A stretch of 36,333 bases of DNA from Macrostomum lignano (GCA_002269645.1 NIVC01004745.1:1-36333), one strand, 5' to 3'; positions 1 through 9,718 are shown, numbered from the stretch's first letter. Notes: a model not told the origin generated them from the sequence alone. Translations and numbers: made by a program.

Positions 1-325
1 ACTGCAGATTGTCCACGTCGATTCCTGCAGAAATTCTTAACTCCTTTTTGCGTTGGTTACGAAATAGTTCATTGCTGATGATGAGAACGCGACCATCCAG
101 CTTGTTTTCATTGATCATTTGCCCATCTCTGAATAGGCTGGCGTCTTCGGTAGCCTGCACTAGCTGCCTTTGGCCTCGTGCATTAGCAGCGCGAATCCGG
201 TTAACGCGCCTCCTTCATTCCTGGAAAGATTCTAAGGTAGCACTTCGAAATAGGGTAACCTTCGATTCAAAGTGGCGTTTCAAGATTATCGATTATATTC
301 ATACTCGTATCCTCAATACTCGATG
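1..325 (-). pseudogene. Caspase-like gene A, distal part (second caspase-like domain begins here and runs off the window)
   Basis: Minus-strand translation near 140-1 reads EDASLFRDGQMINENKLDGRVLIISNELFRNQRKKELRISAGIDVDNLQ, resembling the caspase (peptidase C14) p20 N-terminal strand. It continues the ORF on the far side of the LTR element across the CTAC TSD (..TSIRDV|ASSIEDTSM..). There is a frameshift near 270-280 and an in-frame TGA at 217-215. Confidence 0.6.
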
Positions 326-329
326 CTAC
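326..329. repeat. Left target-site duplication CTAC of LTR element (right copy 10998-11001)
   Basis: CTAC lies immediately before TGTAGAG at 330 and immediately after ..CACATCA at 10997. Confidence 0.93.
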
Positions 330-1385
330 TGTAGAGTGTTCTACCTCCCGTAAGAAGACATGAAAGTGTTAACGTACTACTCACACATTTTATTCAGTAG
401 TAAGTTGAAGAGCATGAATAAAGGTATGCTTTGAATTATAAGTATATTCTGACTAACCAATAGAAGAGAGAGACCTTGAGCATGCTAATTTTAGAAATCA
501 CCCAATCACGTGCGACCAACAACTGTCAATTCAAACCCCACCTTCAAGTCATCATTTGGTTTGCACTCGGGTTGCACCCGGATGAACCAATCAAAGTCTA
601 CCAGCTACGGTAACCAATCATGCGCTTTTACAGTAGACTAGTTGCGCAACTTTCTACCCTGTCATGCTTGACAGCCACCGAATCGTGACCCTTTGACATT
701 TGCGAAGACAGTGATGTACGACCTCGAGAGAGGTCTGAACGCCTATAAATACAAGTGGTCCGGAACGGACCGCGGAGCACAGAATCTCCAAGAGAGAGAA
801 GCTCCGAAGAGGAAGCTCTAGTGAAGCCTTCCTGAAGAAACTCGCGTCGTGGACGAGTTCTTGCGGTAAGCCTTACTCATTTGCGCCGTTGGTTGAGACG
901 TCTCGCTCAAGTCTATTGAGACTTGAGTTTATTTGAGTCTGCTGAGACTCTTGAGTCTGTTTAGACTCCACTGGTTGCAGTCTCCAGAAGGACTGCCCCT
1001 GATAGGTCTTAGAAGACTATCAGTGGTTTCCGGAGCTATACCTAGAGTGCAAGAGGCACTGCTAGAAGGAGTAGGCTTATATTAAACCGCAGTTCGGCGC
1101 AGGGATCCCATTGTTGATTTGGAAGCTTCCCATTGGTCCGCACTACAGATACCGGCCGGAAACGACTTCAGTGGACAAAAGGAACGCGGACCTGGTTACG
1201 AACATAGACGTCTAAAGAAGTTCGAGGGACAAAGGAAGTCAGAGAACTACAGAACACGGAAGAGCTCTCCGAGACAGGACTCAAGGTAATACATACCTTC
1301 ATTTGATTACTGGGTTGCCTAGCTACAGAGCTAGAAGTGATTGTTCCTTGATTACAGTGGAGGACTGGTAATAAGGAACACATCA
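330..1385 (+). repeat. 5' LTR (1056 bp)
   Basis: Starts TGTAGAGTGTTC, ends AAGGAACACATCA; direct repeat of 9938-10997. Confidence 0.97.
744..749 (+). promoter_or_regulatory. TATA box of LTR promoter, downstream of several CCAAT boxes in U3; ATTAAA candidate polyA signal at 1081-1086
   Basis: GCCTATAAATAC at 741-752. CCAAT motifs near 457, 502, 587 and 614, and CACGTG near 507. Confidence 0.6.
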
Positions 1386-1387
1386 AT

Positions 1388-1405
1388 TGGTGATCTCGCC
1401 CTCTC
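1388..1405 (+). other. Putative primer binding site (TGGTGATCTCG...)
   Basis: TGG, complementary to the tRNA CCA end, starts 2 nt after the 5' LTR. The cognate tRNA was not identified. Confidence 0.65.
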
Positions 1406-2081
1406 GGCACTACTCAAACTTTTGAGCAATAGCCTGGCCAAGCTATTGTAAAGTGACGAAAGAGCGACTTCATTAATTTTGCGCGCACGTGTTAGAGGTA
1501 ACACTTTTCGACACTTTTCGATTTTTGTACGATTTGAAACTCGAGTAAAAGTTTAGGTATACAGGCTTGAGTACCTGTCAATTTTGAGTAACGTTTGAGC
1601 ACGCGTGTTAAATTTTTGTTTTTAACGAGCTCGAGCAAGAGTAAACCTTAAACAAAACCGAAAACAACGTCCGGTACACTGAAAACAAACCGAAAAATAA
1701 TCAATACACACTAAAACAAAACCGAAATTAAAAACACTTGACGAAAGCTAAAACAAACCGAAATTTGATAAAACGTGACAAGGCACGTCACGAAGACAAG
1801 AAAGGCCTTTGAAAAAAGCAAGAAGCAGCTGCACTTCAAGCACTTTAAAGATACACTTTGCGGGACGCCGCATAAGTGCGAAAATCAGCCAGCGAATAAG
1901 AGGTCAGACAAAAGCAGCCAAAAGCCGAATTCCGCTCAAGGTCAGACATAACAAATTGAGGTGTCAAAAGCCCGCAAGACAATCAGTTACAACCGAAGTT
2001 TATTTCGAAAGAAACACCACACTGGAAGATCCATTACAAATCGACCCAGACCTAGAGCTACCGTTCTATCCCATCAACAAC

Positions 2082-3741
2082 ATGGCGCGGCGCAATCAAC
2101 GGTGCACAGAGATATCAAAGAGACAGTTGGCACCTTTTCTATGGAAAAAGACTTTAACACCTTTGTTGATCATTTTGACCTGGTATGTAGGGAATACAAC
2201 CTACAAAATCCAGAAAAAGCGCAACTGTTGCCACCACTCCTCCAAGGCACTGCACGAGAGATTTATGGTAAACTAGACGCGGCAACACAGCAAAACTACC
2301 CAGCATTAATCATTCAACTGCGCGCACATTTCAACCGCTGTGGCACAAACAGATCAGTGCTACTGCACAAGTTGCATAACAGAAGGATGCAGCCAACCGA
2401 ATCCTTCCTGACCTTTGTGGACGACATCCGTCAGATAATTAAGGCACTGCATCAGCCAACACTGCCAGCTGCAGACCAACCACCTCTGGGTGCGGCAGAA
2501 TTAGCCGCTAGAGAGCGACAGCGATTGATGGATCGCGAACAAAATCTGATTCTGCACGTAATAAACAATGCACAGCCGTCACTCCGAGATAGACTTCTAC
2601 GCGAAAACATTGAAACCGAGGAAGACCTTTTACGGTGCGGAATGCAGTGGGAAGCAAGCGCTCCACTAATGACAACCGGCAACACAGAAGTGCAGAAACT
2701 GACACAGCAACTAAACAAATTGATGCAACATCAAACAGCCGTTATCGCCGAACAAAAAAGACGAAATGAACGAGCCCAAGCCAGATGCTATTACTGCGGA
2801 CGAGAAGGACACTACCAAATACATTGTCCTCATCGGTCAACAAGAAATGACATGCAGCGACAGCCATTCAACAGAAGGAAGCCGCAAAAACCATGGCAAC
2901 AACATCAAAATTGGCAGCAGCAAAACACGAAACGCTTCGGAAACAATGGCTACAGACCGCGAAACACCAGATACATGCCCAAGCAACCAACGCAAGCGAT
3001 GCAACGATATGCAAACGCCATCACGTACACACCGGAAAGCGAACAGCAAGAGCAGCAAGTCTTCACGATAGACGACTTAGAAATGGACTTCACTATCAAT
3101 GAAATCGACTGGCTCGATGCGGAGAGCAGCGAAAAGACAAAAAACATCAGCATGGTCGAAATGAAAGAAACTAACATTGACAGCGAAGAAGAAAAGTCAG
3201 AAGTGAGCACAGAAAAAACATTGCAAGCGACATCAGTGAAAGAAAAGAAGAAACAAACAAAGGCAACGACAAAGAACTGGCAACGAAGGATGACAACGAA
3301 AGAAGCAACGACGGAAATACAGAGATGGAAGAAGAACAGCAAGAAGAAAGCAGCGATCACGATTATGAGATGCAGAATGACGCTGATGACAACCGAGCCG
3401 CCGACAAAGAACATGAAGACGGAAGGCACAAAGGAATGGAAGAAAGAAATCTAAGCTCCGACAGCGATCAATGCTACGAGATCCGATATAAACGAAATGG
3501 TGAAGCCTACATTCAAACGGTCGACTACAAGGCCGAAGTGAGGTACCGCAGACAATGGAGTGACACAACTACAACATCGGAAGAAAGCAAGGAAGAAAAT
3601 GATGAAGACGACAAGCAGCGGAACGAATCGGATGCCTTGCGCTCGGAAACGCCAATGGAACAAGAGGAAGAATACGATGCGGACGTAGAAGATAACGAAT
3701 GGCAGCCGCAGCCAATGCCAGCAAAGACAACGGCAACGTTC
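2082..3741 (+). CDS. gag: Gag (capsid-like domain, CCHC zinc knuckle, long acidic C-terminal spacer); frameshifted near 2100 and near 3215
   Basis: Likely start MARRNQ at 2082 shifts into HRDIKETVGTFSMEKDFNTFVDHFDLVC, a retrotransposon gag-like helical region. It has a CYYCGREGHYQIHC knuckle (CX2CX4HX4C), then a D/E-rich segment running into the env signal peptide. Confidence 0.85.
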
Positions 3742-5616
3742 AGAAAATGGCGATTCTGGATATTCTGGATCATCATAATACTACTGACGGCAGTAGTCAC
3801 CAAAGCAACAGCAATGGAGAAACCAATGATATGTCCAACGGATGCGCATATCCAACCGATGATCTACAAGATACCAACCGACATCAAATGCAGCTACTTC
3901 AAGACAAACCAGGCGAAGCCAAAAAGATCACAATCGATCTCTACAAAGCCAACATCAAGAAGCATCGACAACTTGGAATCGTGTGCTTCAGAGACAAGCA
4001 CCTAGTCGAAAAAATATGGCGAGGACAATGGAACAGAATCCGATTCCGACAGCATGAGCTACATGTGTCGCACGCTGACTGCCTACGATGGAACCAGACA
4101 TTGTTCTCCAAAGATGGTGTACTAGAACCTGATGAAAAGGTCGGCAACGCACAACTCTTCCGAACAAAGAATGTGGCAAACGGTCGATATGTCCACTATA
4201 ATGAAAGATGGCCTGACTACACGGCACGCAACAGCTACCTAATCAGGAATGTTCCGTTCTACTACAATCCGTACGAGAAAATGGAATCACTGCAACTGCA
4301 ACTAAGTGAATGCCGATACAGCGAAGGATGGTGCCCAACGCCGATATTGCGAAATGCAGAACTCTACAGCCTACCGCTGAGTCCAACGTATCATCCAGAC
4401 TATCGATGGCAGATAGTGCACAGAGCCGATCCACACTACGAAGAGCCATCAAAGTCACGACAATATTTCTTCGCTTGGAAGGTTGAGACGGAAATCGACT
4501 GTCAACTACAAAAGTATCACACAGTGGAAGGAGGCCTACTGTCAAACACGTTTTTGGCAAAGTCAGGAGACTTGGCACTGACGTTTCAAAAGAAACCAGT
4601 CGAGCAAAAACTGAAATGCAAGGATACAGACAAGACACTATTATCTCGGAACAAGAGATACCAGTCTACGTAAAAGAAGACGACAAACAAACCTTTCTGG
4701 CGATCATCAACGGAACGTATCAACAGCAGGAACAACAGAACAGACGACGACGAGACATCGAACGTCCCAAACTGGTGTCAAACCGCTACTGTCAGCAAAG
4801 ATAACGGCTTTGGATCACAATCTACACAACCAGTTAAACCACTTGCATCGAACACTGGTTCAGCTAACTTGCAAAATGCACGCAATCAACTTAAATTATG
4901 CCAGACAAAACTACTATGTCAACCCTACGATGACTTTTCGTAAAATCACCGGAATGACAAACGTTTTGGCAGTTCCAATATACGAGCATCTGTTGATATA
5001 CAAGTGCACGCCGATACAGCACCTTAACATCTTGCCGTCGAACACGTCAACAACCTGCTACGACAAGCCAAGGATTGAAGCGTTCTACGAAGGAAAACGA
5101 ATTCAAGGATTCTTGGACACGGTACACAACATCATCGTCGGCACCGCAATACCGAGACCTTGCACCACGGCAGCAAACTACTATCAACTGGACAATGCAC
5201 TACACGTCATCAAAACAACTGGAACGACAGCAAACATCACAGAACCGGAAGTAATCGTCGACGAAAACTACGACATGGAGGATTTGAAAATCCGATTCAA
5301 CAGAACAAAGTATAGCCATTCGCCGATATCCAACTTGACGAGATAACACCAGGATGGACGATCAACGACTTCTTGCAAGCGTTCATCACCCAACGCAAGA
5401 TGATTCACCAGCTGTTCACAAGAAAGGACAAAGGAACCGGGACAGGAAGATTTCCCGTCCTTGTTTCAATGGACAGCGCCATCAAATCATTTTGGACAAA
5501 CAGCTTCTGAAAGCTGCTCAATGGAAGAGGAAGTCTCTATCAAGGATTCATCTTCTACGGTGCTTGCATTGTGTGGATTGTCACGGCAATCTTCATCATT
5601 TCGTCAATCGTACGGT
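3742..5616 (+). CDS. env: Envelope glycoprotein, class III (herpesvirus gB-like) fusogen; broken by several single-base frameshifts
   Basis: Signal peptide RKWRFWIFWIIIILLTAVVTKATA (3742-3813). Cys-rich ectodomain across ORFs 3325-4005, 3699-4673, 4616-4804 and 4810-5346, with sequons NQT, NGT, NTS, NIT, NRT. RRRR site at 4742-4753. gB-like VNPTMTFRKITG..LIYKCTPI and CYDKPRI..GFLDTVHNII..PRPC segments. TM GFIFYGACIVWIVTAIFIISSIV at 5544-5612. Confidence 0.8.
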
Positions 5617-7424
5617 GCTTCACTCAGACTTGTCCAAGAGCTAAGAAGACAGTGAATGCCATAATGCAAAGAACGACAACGGAAGGCGACAACAGTTTAG
5701 AACTAACAGAAACTGCACATCGTGAGGTTCAAGGGCAACCGACACTAGCAACGCGGCTATATCCATCGATTCCGACAACACCAACGGCACCAAGAATACA
5801 ACCACCCAATTATCAAGCAGAACAGCAAGACCCAAAATGGCCAGAGAACTACGTATGTACTCTACACGCCGAAATTGGCAAAGCAATGGCTCAAGTGGTA
5901 ATCAACAATCTACCATGTCGAGCGCTACTCGACTCCGGCAGCTCCATCACAGTTATATCAAAACAACTGTGCAACAAGCTACGACTTGCTCTACGGCCAG
6001 CAACAATCGCAGTTGCAGGAGCAGGAGGACATTCGCTAAACATTCTGGGAAAAGCCGACATTGATTTAAGAATCGCTAATAAACATTTGACAGTTCCAAC
6101 GTACGTCATCGACAGACTCCCAAACCAGGACGTTATTGTTGGCATCGACACGTTCAAGCAGCTTCGACTACCATTGACCTTCGACTTCAATAAGCAAACG
6201 TTCAAGATCGACTCGGTAGAACAACCATTGATCAACCAGATCCGAGTACTACCAAAAGTAACATTGCAACAAGATGTCATCATCCAACCGGAGAGCGCCT
6301 GCTGGATAAAGGCAAAGGCAACTAACGCAACGGAGGAAGCAATGATATTCGACCCAAACAGAAGAGTCACGGCTAAACACCAAATTATGATGCCTACGGC
6401 ACTAGTACTGGTTGCAAAAGATAAACAGCTGCCAGTACAAATATTCAACCCGAACACAGAAACGGTTCATCTACGACAAGGAATGTGCATCGGTCATCTC
6501 AACACCCAAGCATCGGTTATGCTGATTGAGCAAGCGACTCCACGACTAACAGAGGAAGAATTTCAAAAGAAGATCAATTTGGATGACAGCCCGATTACGG
6601 AACAGCAAAAGAGGAAAGTTCGACAGCTGTTGTGGAAGTACAACGACGCTTTCTGCCACCATGACTACGACATCGGACGAGCCAAGGACATCAAACAGGA
6701 AATCAAACTTCTGCCGCACACGGAACCAATTCAGTGCAAGCCGTACCCGATAGCCAAGCATCTGCAACAACACTTCGACGAAATTATCGACAAAATGCTA
6801 AAGCACGGCATCATCAGCAAAGCAATTTCAGCCTACTCCTCACCGTGCCTACTGGTACAAAAGAAGGAGACTAACGAAAGACGACTCGTATGTGACTTCA
6901 GACTACTGAACAAGTACATACCGACGGATCAGCAAAGCCTACCGAAGATCTCCGAACTACTAGCAAAGCTCAACACGGCAAAATTGTTCACAGTGTTCGA
7001 CCTACGTCATGGATTTTGGCAAATTGAAATCGAGAAAGAGTCACGACAGTACACGGCTTTCAAAACCTACAATGGACAAGTATACGAGTACAATCGATCG
7101 CCGATGGGACTCAGCAACAGCCCAGCAACGATGAGCCGACTAACAGCATACATGCTTGCAGGATGCACGAACCTGTTGCACTATGTTGACGACATCTTAG
7201 CCTACGGAGAAGACTTCGAACGACTCTATGAAGCGACGGAGAAGGCCCTCGCGCTTATCCAACGACAAGGACTTAAGCTACAACCGACGAAATGCAAATT
7301 CTTCCGAGACAACGTACGTTACCTAGGACACCAAGTGACAGCCAAAGGAATTTCACCGGACCCAGACAACGTGGAGAAAGTGAAAAAGTTTCCTACGCCA
7401 ACTAGCAAAACGAAGGTCCAATAA
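5571..7424 (+). CDS. pol: Env TM/cytoplasmic tail fused in frame to aspartic protease and reverse transcriptase
   Basis: ALLDSGS (DSG at 5931-5939), RRLVCDFRLLN, FDLRHGFWQI, PMGLSNSPATM, YVDD (7182-7193). The ORF ends at an in-frame TAA (7422-7424) inside the RT connection motif KVQ*FLGLAQYFRKF. Confidence 0.95.
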   Translation: MWIVTAIFIISSIVRCFTQTCPRAKKTVNAIMQRTTTEGDNSLELTETAHREVQGQPTLATRLYPSIPTTPTAPRIQPPNYQAEQQDPKWPENYVCTLHAEIGKAMAQVVINNLPCRALLDSGSSITVISKQLCNKLRLALRPATIAVAGAGGHSLNILGKADIDLRIANKHLTVPTYVIDRLPNQDVIVGIDTFKQLRLPLTFDFNKQTFKIDSVEQPLINQIRVLPKVTLQQDVIIQPESACWIKAKATNATEEAMIFDPNRRVTAKHQIMMPTALVLVAKDKQLPVQIFNPNTETVHLRQGMCIGHLNTQASVMLIEQATPRLTEEEFQKKINLDDSPITEQQKRKVRQLLWKYNDAFCHHDYDIGRAKDIKQEIKLLPHTEPIQCKPYPIAKHLQQHFDEIIDKMLKHGIISKAISAYSSPCLLVQKKETNERRLVCDFRLLNKYIPTDQQSLPKISELLAKLNTAKLFTVFDLRHGFWQIEIEKESRQYTAFKTYNGQVYEYNRSPMGLSNSPATMSRLTAYMLAGCTNLLHYVDDILAYGEDFERLYEATEKALALIQRQGLKLQPTKCKFFRDNVRYLGHQVTAKGISPDPDNVEKVKKFPTPTSKTKVQ

Positions 7425-9005
7425 TTTCTTGGACTTGCGCAATACTTCCGAAAGTTCTTACCCAACTTCGCGAAGACAGCAAAGCCACTGTACGACCTGC
7501 TCAAGTTCGACAAATGGAAGCAGGAGAATTGGACACAAAAGCAACAAGAAAGTTTTGACGAAATCAAACGACAGCTGACATCAGACGCACTGCTACAGCA
7601 TCCGGACTTCGACAAACCCTTCATCATCGAGACAGACGCCTCAGGAACGGGACTCGGAGCAGTCCTACTACAGGAAACTGAAGACAAAAAGGAACGACCT
7701 ATAGCATACGTCAGTCGAGCACTTAAACCGAATGAGACAAAATGGTCAGCTACGGAACGAGAACTACTAGGAGTTCTGTTCGCCCTACGACAGTTTCACT
7801 ACTACATCTATGGATCTCCATTACAGACGATAGTACGCACAGATCATGCACCGCTGACCTACGTCGTAACTACAAAAGGACAAACAAACAACCGACTCAT
7901 CAGGATGACACTCAAGATCCAGGACTACAACTACAAACTCGTCTACAAACCAGGAATTACTAACAAGGCCGCGGACGCCCTGTCAAGAGCCTACGAAGTC
8001 AACGCCATTCATCCAATCCCTAACATCAAGGAATTGGTGGATGAGACGGAACACGACAACTTCTACATAGCAGTTAAAAACAACGACAAGGACATCAAGC
8101 TCAGCCCCGTGGAACGAAAATTCCTACGCAAGCAACGACAACACCTAGCAATCAATAAGTCACGGCTCTACTGGATGAGCGACAATAAACCTAAGATCTA
8201 CGTACCATATTCGTTTCGGCAAGCAATTCTCAACGAGCTGCACGACAACCCACTCGCTGGACACCTGTCGGCCGCAAAGACCATCGCGAGAGTGGAACAA
8301 TACTACTTTTGGCCAACTATGTACGGCGACATCAAGCAGTATTGCAACAACTGCCATTCATGTGCTGCATCAAAGACAGGACGACGACAGAAACCGCAGC
8401 TACAGTCCATTCCGAAGTCGACTACAATGGACTGTCTAAGCATCGACATCACCGGACCGCTACCACCGAGCTGTCTCCAGGGCATAGCCTACACCTACAT
8501 CCTAACCGCCTTGGATATCTTCTCGAAGTTTGCTATCGCCATACCGATACCGGACATCACAGCTCAGACGGTGGCAATGAGCTTTTTCAACGACATCATC
8601 TGCAAGTACGGCACGCCGAAGAATCTTACGTCAGACAACGGATCGCAGTTTACGTCTCAACTGTTTCAGCAAGTTGTGAAGATTCTCAACATTACGCAGA
8701 TCTACACATCGACCTACAATCCGAAGGCGAACATGGTTGAACGGTTTCACCGCAACCTGCACGAGATGATTACACACTTCGCGCATCAACAGCCGGAAGA
8801 CTGGATCATCTACCTGCAATCAGTAACAATGGCCTACAACAGCGCTATTCATCGATCAACGGACAATACGCCATTCTTTCTAATGTTTGGGCGAGACTTC
8901 CAGCCGCCAAACCTATTGGCACAGCAACTACTACCATCGCAATATGTGGAAGTCCGACGTCCATTCAAAAGTTCGTCACGCAACTACACCTCGCATGGAA
9001 AGTAG
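7425..9005 (+). CDS. pol: RNase H and integrase (HHCC zinc finger + DDE core), same frame as RT
   Basis: FIIETDASGTGLGAVLLQ, WSATERELLGV and TDHAPL (RNase H). ELHDNPLAGH..CNNCHSC (HHCC), IDITGPLP, SDNGSQF, VERFHRNL (integrase core). Frameshift near 8955. Confidence 0.95.
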   Translation, partial: FLGLAQYFRKFLPNFAKTAKPLYDLLKFDKWKQENWTQKQQESFDEIKRQLTSDALLQHPDFDKPFIIETDASGTGLGAVLLQETEDKKERPIAYVSRALKPNETKWSATERELLGVLFALRQFHYYIYGSPLQTIVRTDHAPLTYVVTTKGQTNNRLIRMTLKIQDYNYKLVYKPGITNKAADALSRAYEVNAIHPIPNIKELVDETEHDNFYIAVKNNDKDIKLSPVERKFLRKQRQHLAINKSRLYWMSDNKPKIYVPYSFRQAILNELHDNPLAGHLSAAKTIARVEQYYFWPTMYGDIKQYCNNCHSCAASKTGRRQKPQLQSIPKSTTMDCLSIDITGPLPPSCLQGIAYTYILTALDIFSKFAIAIPIPDITAQTVAMSFFNDIICKYGTPKNLTSDNGSQFTSQLFQQVVKILNITQIYTSTYNPKANMVERFHRNLHEMITHFAHQQPEDWIIYLQSVTMAYNSAIHRSTDNTPFFLMFGRDFQPPNLLAQQLLPSQYVEVRRPFKSSSRNYTSHGK

Positions 9006-9028
9006 CCAAGCACAACATCGACAATCAG

Positions 9029-9394
9029 GTGGCTCTAACCACCGGCACCGACATGAGATCGACAACTCTGACAGCCGGCGACATCGTCTACCTGCACTAT
9101 CCGCCGCAACAGACGCACAAACACGCACAGAAGTACAAAGGACCATATCGAGTGGTCCAACTAACGTCACCGACAACGGCACGCCTGGCCAATGTGCAAG
9201 ATCCTCATCAGCACCAATTCTACGTGCACATTCATCGACTAAAGAAGATCAACACTGACACGACAGCGTTTTTACCGTCACTAGACAACGCTGATCGCAC
9301 GCGTTCGGCGAACCGCCACATCGCAACAAAACACGAGGAGACACAAACATCAACCGAGAACCAGCAACATGGCTACAATCTGCGACCTCGTTAA
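9029..9394 (+). CDS. pol: Integrase C-terminal GPY/F domain (frameshifted continuation of pol)
   Basis: AGDIVYL..KYKGPYRVVQ motif; ends HGYNLRPR*. Confidence 0.88.
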   Translation: MALTTGTDMRSTTLTAGDIVYLHYPPQQTHKHAQKYKGPYRVVQLTSPTTARLANVQDPHQHQFYVHIHRLKKINTDTTAFLPSLDNADRTRSANRHIATKHEETQTSTENQQHGYNLRPR

Positions 9395-9505
9395 GTTGCG
9401 AAAACAACCCGTGTAGAGACCGGGTCAGAATAGCTCTACAGCTTCGCAAGCTTGTCGTAAGAGGCGACTAATCTGAGCGACTTCAAACTTCAAGCGACAA
9501 CGACA

Positions 9506-9718
9506 ATGGGCAACGCACTGTCCAAACAGGCGCCCCAACTACAGCAACTCTACGAATGCCCAATATGTTTAACTGATGACTTGGCTGTCAAGCCACCAAT
9601 TATTTGTGAAAACAGACATCGCATATGCGGACAATGTTTAAGCGACTCACATTATATTCAGCTCTGGCAGAATTGCCCGATAGGTAGAAGTAGTTTGCGG
9701 CAGTGCGCCTATTGTTAG
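9506..9718 (+). CDS. Small RING-finger (C3HC4-like) protein with predicted N-myristoylation site, accessory ORF of the LTR element
   Basis: MGNALS fits M-G-x-x-x-S, with strong Kozak context ACAATGG. Cys/His pattern CPIC..CENRHRICGQC..CPIG; the last ligand is Gly rather than Cys. Confidence 0.75.
   Translation: MGNALSKQAPQLQQLYECPICLTDDLAVKPPIICENRHRICGQCLSDSHYIQLWQNCPIGRSSLRQCAYC

Noticed and set aside
1809-2081. ORF-track starts at 1809 and 1961
   Set aside because: These are non-ATG starts in the leader; ATG 2082 plus a 1-nt shift explains Gag better.
3211-3219. AAAAAAC as a programmed -1 frameshift site between gag and env
   Set aside because: The heptamer is out of phase with the gag frame (GAA AAA ACA). 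One extra A restores a continuous ORF, so a homopolymer indel is more likely. Sister copies should still be checked.
9412-9440. TGTAGAG/CTCTACA inverted repeat matching the LTR start
   Set aside because: A 7-bp stem with a 15-nt loop is too short to distinguish from chance.
2452-9449. Numerous antisense ORFs within the LTR element and LINEs
   Set aside because: Shadow ORFs of biased codon usage on the coding strand, with no motifs.
9506-9718. Direct homology to arenavirus Z or a host SIAH/TRAF RING gene
   Set aside because: Only the ligand pattern and N-terminal Gly are visible; origin cannot be assigned without a search.
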